DNA of 64,000 nt from Klebsormidium nitens. Taxonomy: Eukaryota; Plantae; Klebsormidiophyceae. The stretch covers positions 69,899 through 133,898 of the forward strand of contig DF237035.1 in assembly GCA_000708835.1 (NCBI GenBank), written 5' to 3'. A model generated the notes under the pieces. It saw only the letters and a list, made by a program, of their open reading frames with translations, was not told the DNA's origin and made no database searches. The position numbers and the translations under genes are program-made. This document shows positions 36,278 to 47,077 of this stretch, in pieces (position 1 is the stretch's first letter; each line of letters begins with the position of its first letter).

Positions 36278-39200
36278 TCAGTCCGATGCGCCAATAACAA
36301 GACGGTTGGCTCCTCCCTGCAAAGATTAAAACTTTGTTGAGCCAACCGAATCCACTTTTGTGCCCCATTTTTCTCAACATCTGCCACGTCTAAGACCATC
36401 TTTAGGTCAACGGCCTCGACGACATTGGTGATTCTGACTAGCATTGCGATGCGCAAAAACAGACAGTACTCGGTCGAACAGAATTTGGATGCTTTCAAAT
36501 CATGCTGACCTACTCTCCTCTCAGAAGACGCTCAAAACATAAATTAGAGCGCCACAAGCGATATCCATTTTCAAGCTGCGCCGGGGTCTCTTTAAACCCC
36601 TCCTTCACTGTGGCGGCCTCACCTTGTCGACAACTTCGACGCTTTTGAAGGCGTGCGCCGGCGCTCCGCCGGACGCCGCCCACGTGGCACTGCCGGACGC
36701 CAGCCTGAGCTTCACTTGCAAAAGCGTCCGCAGGTCGGACACCATGACCTTCTGGCTCTGGGCGGATCGCTCTTGGTCCTGCAGATAGATATCCGGGAAA
36801 ATCAGAACCAGAAGTGCACGAAGCGCTCTGACCAATTCGCAGAGTAGCAAGTTGGGACAATCGTCGTTCGCAAGCACTTGTTAGCAATGTCACCATGACA
36901 GGCTGGATGAAAAGGCGCACGACTAGAATTTTCTGGATAATGTGGAAGACACTGCAGATTGAGGTAGTGTCGGGCAGGCCGTTCTGCGTCTGTTGTGGTA
37001 ATGGTCTGACGCTTGGTTGTCTCATCATGTGAGGAAGGTGTGACGAAGCAAAGTTGAGACAGGCTCAAGAGGACTTGAGAAAGGATGTATTGACAGCCGA
37101 TAAAGGCGGAAAGGCGTTCGGAAAATGAAATCGAAGGAGGCGGTGTAAACGACGCAGTGGGTTGTGTCAACTCTGACGAAGGCAGCCGACCCGTATCAAC
37201 GGTCGAAGACAAGGCCTTTTCTCCAACTGCAAAGCAATCGACGCCACTCTTTCTATCGGCGCGCCGCCCCTTAGCAAAGCATTGAAATCGAAACCTCGTC
37301 TCTCTTTGGCGTGAAAGGACGATAGGGCTCGGGACACGTGTCCTCACCTTGAGCCTCCGCTGCCGTTCCTGCAGCGTCTTGGCCAGCTCCTCCTGCGCGG
37401 CCAGGTCTTTCTTGTACCGCTCCACGAAGCCGGCTCCGTCCTCGACAACTGCAGGCAGCCCGCGGTGTGTCACAAACTACGTCAGTCCAATGTCATCATT
37501 CTTCAATCGCACTGGGGTTTTCTGGCGGTTGTGATTGGCGCAAAGCATGCACTTTCACCAAAAGCTTCATTTAAGACTCTCATCTTCTGATTACATCCGG
37601 ATGTATGTGGCGGTAGTCAATACCGGTGGACGGGGCTAGCTACGAAAACAGTGGTGATCAAAAAATGATCCAGGGAAGGAAGCGCAGAGAAAGAAGCCTG
37701 CCACGTCCTTCACGCCTGCAAAGAGCGCCAAGGGTCATATCTCACGAAATATGTCAGTCCAGCTCTCTCAACTTTTGATCGCATCGGGTCTTTGTGGCTG
37801 TTGTGATCTTTCAAAGAGCACGCAGTTTCACCAGGGTCGTCAGTGAAGTATTCTCCCCGCTTGATCGCATTGAGACTCCATGATGAGTACGAGCTTCAAT
37901 CGACAGGGCTAGCTGCGGTGACCAGTGACTGGTCTTCGAAAACTCGCTCAAACACAAGCATGTCTTCACTCCTAGCTGCCCCAATCGTAATGGACGCGTA
38001 TCCAAGAGTCCCCAAAGCGCTGTCACTTATACATTCAGATCGCCAGGATCAGAGCCAAACCTGCTATGATCCGAAAAGGGTCAGATATTCCGTCCTATAA
38101 TCCCCGGTGAAAGCGACTCACCCCTCTTGATGTTGGTCTCCACAGTCGCCGCTTCCTCCGCCAGTTCCTTGGCCCGCTTCTCCTGCCTCTGCAGGTCCGC
38201 CCGCTCGCGCTCAACTTCCGCTTCGAACTTGTTCCGCTGGCTGCGGGACCGGAGCATAAACGGATGTGAGTGATGGAGGTCTTGAAGCAAGCCATTGATT
38301 GTCCGCAAATTTGCGTTTGACCGTCGAAACCCTTTCACCCTTCCAAAAACACGGCGCGGCGCCCTCAGTCTTCCGTTGTCAACGAACCGCTCAGGATGGG
38401 AACTTCGCAAAAAATGGTCCGTTTGTGTTCTGTTCAGACGACTATACATCAGCCCAACCATCTTAAACCAGCGGTTCCTCCCTGAAGTCTTCCTCATTCA
38501 ATCCACTGAACCCATGACTCGTTGAGTATATGACGTCGAGAGCTGTCAATTCACGCGTCCAGCCCTTCCGTGCCCTTCTTGGAACTTCTTCCTCTTTCAG
38601 CCCTCTCAAAGCTTTCCTAATTGCTCTATCTAGAATCAGTAAGCAAACGTTTCTCAGTTCGCCCTCTTCAAAACGTTCCCAAATATCTTAATCGTCCCCA
38701 ATCCTTCCCTGTTTTGCTTCTCAAGCGTCCGTACTCAGAATAGTTAGTCGCCCTCCAAAAGAAGAAGCATCCAAACTCCTGAAGCATCTCACCCAGCCTA
38801 AACCAGCGCCCCTTCCTCGAACTTCTTCTTCCAGCCCTCCAAAAGCCTTTCCCAAATGTCCCTAAAACTCTCTGTGTTCGCCCTCTGTATTCGCCCTCTT
38901 ACAGACGTGTTCAGCTCACCCGTCCAAAACCATCGCCCCCTCCTCGAACTTCTTTTTCCGCGCCCCATGCTCCTCCTCCGCCTCCTGCAGGCTCGTACGC
39001 AGCGCGCGCAGGTCCTTGACACGTGGCGCCAGCGCGGCCTTCCGCTCCTTGATGGCGTCATTCACGCGCGCCAGCGCGCGGGAGAGCCCCTCCGGGCTGT
39101 GGTCGTCGCTGGCCGCGAGCGTCGCCGAGGTTTGAGAGGTTTTGCCTGCAGAGCGGCCGCGAGTTTAGCGACGCCAGATTTGGAGGCGTTCGGCTGCTGA

Positions 39201-42200
39201 GCCGTCGCGGCATTTGCTTTCTGGGGCGATGGCTGTGGGAATCGCGAATGAAAGCTCGCAACACCAGCGTTCGCTCGCCGTTACTCTCGGGCCAAATTCA
39301 CCCGGTTGATTTCTGCATCCTCCGCTTACTTCGATGCCCACTTCTGACGTTCCGGCCAACGGATGACGGAGCGGCTTCTACACAAAGGCCTTCAGTCTGC
39401 TTGAGCTTTGAGGGCGACATGAGGGGCTAGTACATGACCTACGCTTGCTGTACTGTTTCGTCCGAGCTTTCGACGCGCGCATCCGCCCTCCTGAGAGATG
39501 ATTGTCCCGATTTGACAATCGTTGGACCGTGTTGATTCCCGAAAGTTGTGGTTTTACCAGAACTTGCGCCAGACTCCAAACTCCAAACGTAGGAACTTAC
39601 GCGCCATGCCGCCCTGTTTCTCCGCGTCTTCGATCGCCTCCCGCAGGCCCGCGGCCTGCTCCTGCAGGATCTGCTGCGTCCGCATGAGGACGCCAAACTC
39701 GGCCGTCCGGTCGTCCAGCTCCTTCTTGAGCCGCTTATACGTCGCGTTCTTGCTGCGCAGGGACGCTGCGTAGCGCTTGAACTCTTCGCCCTTGAGAACG
39801 CGCCCCGACCCCTGCATATTGCCGAAATATATGCTCAGGGTCTTAATAGGTTTCGTTTGAAGTGTTCGAGTCTCCTCGTTAATTCGGCCGTTTCAGTCTT
39901 CTTTTAAATTGAATATTACCCTCCTTGCTGCGCGGCGACGCCGCGTGCCGCTTGAATTCGTCACCCTTCAGCAAGCGCCCCGACCCTGCACAGTGCGGGG
40001 CAGGAGCTCTGTCAACTGTTGCTTCCGACTGTTGCTTCGGGCTTTGCTCTCTTCTATTTAAGTGAGCGACTCTTGTCTTGCTCCATACCGCTTCGACTCA
40101 TCGGCCTTGAGGACGAGGCCCGACTCCTGCAGGGGCGAAACGAATGTTCCTTTTTTCTGGCTATCTTAATCTTACTCTTCTTCTTCTTCTTCTTCTTCTT
40201 TTACAGAGAACGAGTCCCTTCTTGCTGGGCAGCAGTGGCGCGTTCCGCTTGAACACCTCGCCTTCGAGAATGCCGACCCGTGCACGGTGCAGGAAAGTAG
40301 GCTTAGCGAGCACCACTCTTCACTGTCGTTCTGCTTCATTTCGAATTACTGTTCGTTCTTCTAGAGTGAGCGAGGTTTGTCCTGGCTGCGCAGCAATAAG
40401 GCGTCCCGCTCGAACGGCTCGCCCTTGAGCACGCGGCAAGCCCCTGCGGACTCTGTGCATGACTTCAACTACCCGGCATGACGTCATACGCAGACAATTC
40501 AGAAGCGATTGACTCCTGTAAATGAGCAGAGTCTTCGCTCTCGCAATGCCGCAGACCGCTTGGACTCTTGCCAATCAACTTTGTCCAACAGAAGTTCAGG
40601 TGAAGGGGTACCGTTTTGCCTTTTGAGTATAAACGCAAGATGTCCGCAACGATTTCGCGCTATGACAAGGAGACTTTCCGTGCTTGGGCACAGGATCCAA
40701 TACGGACTTCTTTGAGATAGTACAATTCTGCTGCAAAACGTGAGGGATTGTTTCTGTATTTTCAGGCGACCTGGATACTGTTCGCGACAATACAGAAGGT
40801 ACGAGGTTTGCCACATGAGGACCTGAAGGCCGGCGATTCAAACTGGAGAGAGAGAAGTCCTCAGAGGGAAAAGGCTCAAAAGAAATAACAATCTAGAACC
40901 GCACATGCCCAACTCCTGATCTAACCGTCGTCTGACTGCATCGCCGCGAAACGGCGCCGAACCTTTTCAACACCTTGAGCTGCTGCCTCTTGACAGGCAT
41001 GCGGAAAATTTCGAAGTCAGCACGAAAACGAAACGTTCACAACCCTGAATGACAAGAGTTTTGAAAGTCCCGTTTGGAAGCCGCTTGAAGCCAAGCACAG
41101 CTCGTCATCCAATAGCTTTGCGCCATGTGGCACCTCACCGACGCCGCCGCCGCCTGCTTCTGCCCCAGCTCTTGCGCCACCTCACTCCGCCTCGCGTTCA
41201 ACTCCTCCAGCTTCTGCCACGTGGCGTCCTTCTTGCGCGCCACGATGGCTGCCATCTGCTGCTGCTGACGCAGCACCGCGTCTTGCCCGGTCGCCTCGCG
41301 TGCGTCTCGCCGCTCCGTGAGCGCGTTTACATCGGTTTGAAGGGCCCGGAGCTCAGCCTGTGTGAAAAGGTAGAGTGTAAGCTTGATAGCGGTTGTGCGC
41401 AATATATTGCGAACTCCCGCTGATTGCAAGCACTCAATTCCAAGCGAAGCGGTATGCGATCGATTCACATCCCAGATTCTTGGAAGATTGCAGCAGTCAA
41501 GGTCGAGCTTCGTCCAAGCACCTGACGAGGATTACCGTAAAAAATGTCGCAATTCCCGCATTTGGAGTCCTTGCCAGATCACAGATTTGAGTTGCAAAGC
41601 TCCAAACCGCAGAGCGCATTTTTCGCACTGAATTCGAACGCCAGAACGTAAGATATCGTGAAGATCCGCATCGGTACCCAAGGATTTTCCATCTTTAGCA
41701 TTCTATATAATAACGCCCTTAGTCCGCCCTCCGTTCAGTCTTCGGGATTTGAACTCTGTTTCCGAGCATGCTTCTCACCCGCGATATCTTCCAAAGTTCG
41801 AGCAAGGCGAGGCGAACGGGATTGGAATTCGAAGAAGAGACGAAACGGCAAAGCAAGAACTCAACTCTTTTCAACAGAGCCACACATACACAACACGCTT
41901 CCGCTGACAGTCACCCAAGCCACGTGGCCCACCTGCATGGCCGCCAGGTCCTGCTCCGAGCTGACCGGTTCGTTCAGCACGGTCTGTACCGCCTGCAACC
42001 GTTCCCGCCGCGCCGCAATTTCCTTTGGTAGCCGCTCCTGCGCGCCGTACCGCGCCAGGCTCGTTTCTTCCGCCAGGGCCGCCAGCAGGGCCGCCGGGCC
42101 GGCGCCGCTCGCGGCGCGCGCGTGCGCGTCGCGGAGCTTGGCGAGCGCGCGCGCCTCCTTCTGTCCGGCAGCGTCCAAGACGTCCTGCAGAGCGGACGGA

Positions 42201-45106
42201 AAGATGGGCAAGCGTTTCGAGCGTGAATCGCGGGCGCCCAACCGAAAGTGGGTGCGATTCACAGGCGCCTGGCACGACCTATGAATGGTGACTGAATGTA
42301 GCTTTTGGAGAAAAATGAAGGCTGCGGGACGCCCGCGTGCAAGACTCCTTCTGTCGGAGCGTCCAAGAGGTTCTGCAAAGCGGACGGGAGGGATCGGAGA
42401 AAAGTGGATGTGGTTTTGGGAGATCCAATGCTGTGGGACACGCGCGCACGCCTCCTTCTGCCAGGCTTCTTTGGAAGGGAGATTGGTCCGGAATGCATAC
42501 TGAGAAATGGCTTACCTAGCATCGCTTTGCCTCCTCGAGCGTAAAAAACGTCGGGTTCTCATGCGAAGGGCAAAGCGAAGGAGGGGCCAGAAAAGCCAGG
42601 TCAAGCCAGGGCTCGCATATTGTGTCAGAGGCACAGTCAGATACATTTCTAGGACGTCTCTGATGTCTCTGACGTCTCGTTATGAAGTAGATAGGAGGGT
42701 AGGCCTGGTTGATTGGAGACACGAACAGCAACGGAGCATAGACTCAAACCACTGCCAAGCGTTGCGAACATCCATCATCCTTCGTAGCAGAATACGATGT
42801 TTCTAGATTCCATCCTGTGGCTCCACTATTTTGTTTATCAGCAGCTTCGTCTGCCAGATCAACTCACCTGTTGCTGGGCCAAGCTCTGCGCCAGCGCTCC
42901 CGCTTCTTCCTGCTGCCTCCGCAGCAACGAGGCGACCTCCAGGAAGGCATCCACCCCAGCAACATTCTGCGGCACCAAAACCTCCTTGTTTTCAGCCAAG
43001 AGCCTATCGCCGTAGCGGATTCGAGCGAACTTCAAAAACAAGTCTTTTCGAAAGTAAACTAAATTACGTTCCCACAACGAGATGGTTCGAGGGCAGCTTG
43101 GAATTAGTCACCCTCGTCAGAGGGCAGCCGCAAACGTCCTCCTCTGGCTCAGAAGTCGTCCGTATAGATCTGGCTTCAGTCAGCGATCTGTTGAAAAGGA
43201 AACTCTTTGTTGCTGCACAATGGCCAACTTGTGTGCGTTTTCAGCTTGCAGCCGATCGCTTAGCACATGCGCACCTAAGAACAAACAAACATCGCGCTCT
43301 CAGTCTTAGTTCGTGGTCAATCATCGCTCTTAGCTGCAGCGATTACCTCAGGTTCACCCACCATGGTCTTCTCTCTGACCTTTACAAGCCGCAGGGTCAC
43401 CCCAGACCAACTCACCTTGGTCTTCTCCTTAACCCTTTCCACCCGCCCCCCCAGCTGCTCCTTTTCTCCCTCGAGCCCCGCCAGCTGGGCTTTCAGGCTG
43501 CGGGGGTCCCGCTGCGTTTTGCGGCTCTGGTCCACCGCCTTATGCACCTCCTTGAACTGCTCTTGGAGCTCTTTGACCAGCGCGTGCGTGTCCTGGATCT
43601 CAGGATCGAGAAACAGCTCCTCGGGGATGGGCTCGTCCACCAGGAATTGAGCCAGGTAGGCGCGTTTTTGGAGTAGGGGAAGCTGCCGGAGGAAAAGAGA
43701 GTATATCAAGGGCTGAAAGCTGGATATCAACAGAATCTAAACAAGGAGGAGCTCGCCTTAAGAGCTGGATATCAACGAAGTTTGAAACAGAAAAGCTTGA
43801 GTACAGGGAAAGTGGAAGGGTTTAGGTGATGTGGAGATGGAATGTTGTGTGAGGGAAGGCCGGGGGAAGGATAGATGGATGTGCGGGCGCAGGTGCTGAG
43901 AAGCTATATTGAGTCTGAAGCGAATCGTTGAAGACGCCGGGTGTTAGATCTGGGATAGCTCGATGATTCTGGATTCGGCGGAATGTGTTATGGAGTGAGG
44001 GAAAGGAGGGGGACAGCCAGTAGGGAAGGTGAAAGAAGGCATGACTGAACAAGTGGCGAGTTTGAAATTGCGTCAACTTGCATATCAGAGTCCGTGTAAC
44101 GTGGGGTCTAGAGGGTCACCTGGTTGAGGAGCCACAGTAGCAGAGGATAGACAGTAAGCGGGTCTGCGTCGAGCATACCCTGTCGGAAGGTGGCCCTGCA
44201 AGAAACAATATCGTTACACAATTGTCAGACTCACATTTCATAAGACACCACCACAGGCAACTCCCTTTGATTGTTCCTCTATACACTGAAGGTGCATAAG
44301 CAGAGTTTTACAGAGTGAAAGACTTATCGGACTGTCAGTTTCACAGTGATGGTTCCACAAATGCAACTTCTACGCTTCTGTATTCCATGTTGAAGTGGCA
44401 GGTGCTTCTTTTCTACTCACCCATCGGTACTGACTTTATACTTGAGCACCCTCAGCAGGTCGAGGTGCCGCGCGGTGGTGACATCTGGCGTCTCATCCCG
44501 CAACTCACGCCGCTGCCAATCATTCGCAAACGCCTTTGTTACCTTCTTGTGATTCATAGCTTTCATCAACACATTGCGCAGTGCTTGCAGATGTGAAGAG
44601 CAGAGGATGCGTCAAGCTGATCAAGTTTGACTGACATTGTTGTGATTGGCTCTTGATGTGAGGCTTTTTGAACTAGTATGCGTTCTCCAAAACTTACCTG
44701 TCTGTTATCAATGGTGGCAAGGACATCGTTCAGCAGCTCTCTCAGCTCCTGAGGTGACTTTTGGCTGCAAATACCGATAGATAAGGAATTTAGTAAGCAG
44801 ACGTACAAGAAAGTACTAAAATGGTGGTTGAGGATGCTACTTATTGAATCATGGTGGAGCAGAACAGGGGACCACATTCTCAAAGTCAATTGAAAGTGTC
44901 CATGAAGTCCCATATTAGCCCTAGCAACTTAACGCTCAGTGACTTGTGGTGAGCTAGGAATGTACCTTTAGGGACAGGCCCCGCAGATTGAGCTCCAAAT
45001 GCCACAGGGCAATGGCTGCTGCAGCTCACCTAAAAGAAACCAACGACAGCGCCAAGTCGAATGGGGCTTGGTTGAGCTTGTCAACGATCTGCTGCAACTC
45101 CCCCAT
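36278..45106 (-). CDS. IFT81: Intraflagellar transport protein 81
   Basis: MGELQQIVDKLNQAPFDLALSLVSF, ELLNDVLATID, LLRVLKYK, FRQGM...VYPLLLWLL, KRAYLAQFL, VLKGEEFKRYAASLRSK, IKERKAALAPRVKDLRALR, end GGANRLVI. Mapped exons include 45106-45030, 43682-43416, 42966-42868, 42184-41933, 41357-41139, 39811-39601, 39148-38920, 36316-36278. Confidence 0.92.
39850..40460 (-). repeat. Array of at least four decayed copies (~140-175 bp period) of the IFT81 acceptor plus exon start
   Basis: Real exon at 39811 reads GSGRVLKGEEFKRY. Copies start at 39985, 40126, ~40279 and 40443 and, in the aligned frame, read SGRLLKGDEFKRH, ESGLVLKADESKRY, ILEGEVFKRN and RVLKGEPFERD. Confidence 0.9.
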
Positions 45107-45827
45107 TTTGGATGCACGCAGTGTCTCAAAGGGCAAAGCCGAGGAAGCAAGGCAAAAGCAATTATCTCCAAGGATCCGGTCACCTCTTCAAGGACTATCT
45201 CTGCTTCCTTCTCTTTCCCTATGGAATAACCAAGCAGATTGTGCAAGCAGCTGGTTGTAAACCTTTGCAGCGGTGCACTGCAGCTGAACTCTTCTGCTTT
45301 TCGTGACGGTCAGGTTGGAAATTTATGCCCATTACAATGTAATGGTGCATAGATTGAGCTGATTATCGACTGCTACATAGCGCGCCGAGGTGCTCGAATC
45401 TAAACCCATGATCACTCAGAGTTGAAAAGTGCTCCAGGACCCTGGCTGCAGCCCTCCAGCCCTCTTGCACTGGCAGGAGAGAACTTTGCACAGCCTCCGA
45501 TGTCCACAAGATGCTCAAGAGTCAAGCCTGAGCATGCCAGCACAAGCAGCCCAATGCACGTCTTGAGCACGTCTCATGAGCACGTCTTGTGAGTAAGCTG
45601 AAGCTGATGCCATGACACAGAGTCAGTCGCAGCGCATTGCCATGATCCATGACTCTATTACTCTGAGTGCAACACCCTAGGTAAAATTTTCAAGATGTAC
45701 ACAACCGATCGGAACCGAACCCTAATTCTTACGTCCGAAGCCTCAGGTGCGTACCCCGCATCAAAGTTCGAACGTCCGCCAACTGTATTACGTTCCTGAT
45801 AGTCGCCGGGGCGCAAAACGGCCAAAG

Positions 45828-46348
45828 CTGCCGAATCTTTTGTCAACTTTCGAAACCGGACTCACGCGGACTGCGGAAAGTCAGATGCGTGTCACCGTCC
45901 GATCGTGTACCGTCCGCAGGATCTACGCTCTGAGTAGCTGCCACATGTCAAGGGCCGAGTCCGGTACCGTACTCAGTACCGTACGGTTCGGGCGGCACCG
46001 TTGACTGCGTACAGAAGGTATGCACTGTCAACAAGCAACCGGGCACTCCTAGTGACATTAGGGTCTCGCGCTACAAAGCAGTGATGGTGTGTTAGGGTTA
46101 CGCCACTTCCTGTGACGGTTTGTTAGGGTTACTCCCTTTTCTGTGACTGCTCTCAGATTAGGGTTCCTACTAACGGCTAAGTCACTGTTTTTAGGATTTT
46201 AATGTGGTTTGCAGGCTAACTCCAGCATTATTTAAGTCCGGCGAAAGCAGGCCCGGTACCAACCGCGTCCTCAAATATGGCACTGCGGACAACGACTGCT
46301 TGTGCCCGTCCGGCGTCCGATTTCGAAAGTTGACAAAAGATTCGGCAG
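45828..46348. repeat. Perfect 28-bp inverted repeat enclosing telobox-like tandem units (foldback/MITE-like)
   Basis: ctgccgaatcttttgtcaactttcgaaa (45828-45855) is the exact reverse complement of 46321-46348. The interior has 3-4 units of ~31 bp with a TTAGGGT(T) core at 46060-46170. Confidence 0.8.
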
Positions 46349-47077
46349 GTATGTGCCTCTTGCCGCCGGGGCCCAAGCCTTGGGCCAAGGTTCGAGTCGG
46401 TGTAACGACGGTCAGGGCGCGGCTGCCCCGGGGGGCCCAGTCGGCGGCCCCGGCCGACACGCCGAGGCACTGCCGGCGGGAAAAAATATTGTACAGGTCG
46501 GGGCGTTTTTTTGAGCGAAAAAGGGGGTTCGGGGTCGCCGAAGGCGGCCCCAGGGGGTCCTACGGGGCGAAGCCCCGGGGCTCGGGGGCCCCTGAAGTTT
46601 GAACTTCAAGGGCTCATGCCCACCGCGTACCATACGGCGCGGCCACGCGCGTCTAGAATGCGAATCTCAGGAAGACAGGAAGACAAGCCGTTCAAGATGG
46701 ATTACAATCATCTAATCATCGGCACATCAGGTAGCTAACTGATCTGGCACAAGTACGCATATTATATGCAGTAGTATGTGCACAGCCGAATTCCGTCAGA
46801 ACTATCTTAAACAGCAGGCCGGCTCAAGCTAACACCCCAATTCTTCAAAGATGCATTGCATGAATGCATTGATCTTATTAAGTTGACAAGATTCCGATAT
46901 CACTAAATCGATCGGTAAAACTTTGACTAGAGTTCTTTAACATATCACAAACGGATGAATAAACTTTGTGGCGATACGACAATAAACATGGTCAATAAAC
47001 AACTAAGGTTGCCCTTTCAACCGCGACTCTTACTGTAACTATTAAGTTGTTTCATGCTTTCGGGCACCTGCATTGTC

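Noticed and set aside
46055-46175. Interstitial telomere array
   Set aside because: The TTAGGG cores are single and separated by ~25 bp of other sequence; treated as telobox-like units instead.
46635-46660. Hairpin followed by CTAG, like a Helitron 3' end
   Set aside because: The stem is only 5 bp, the next base is A rather than T, and no Rep/helicase coding sequence is nearby.
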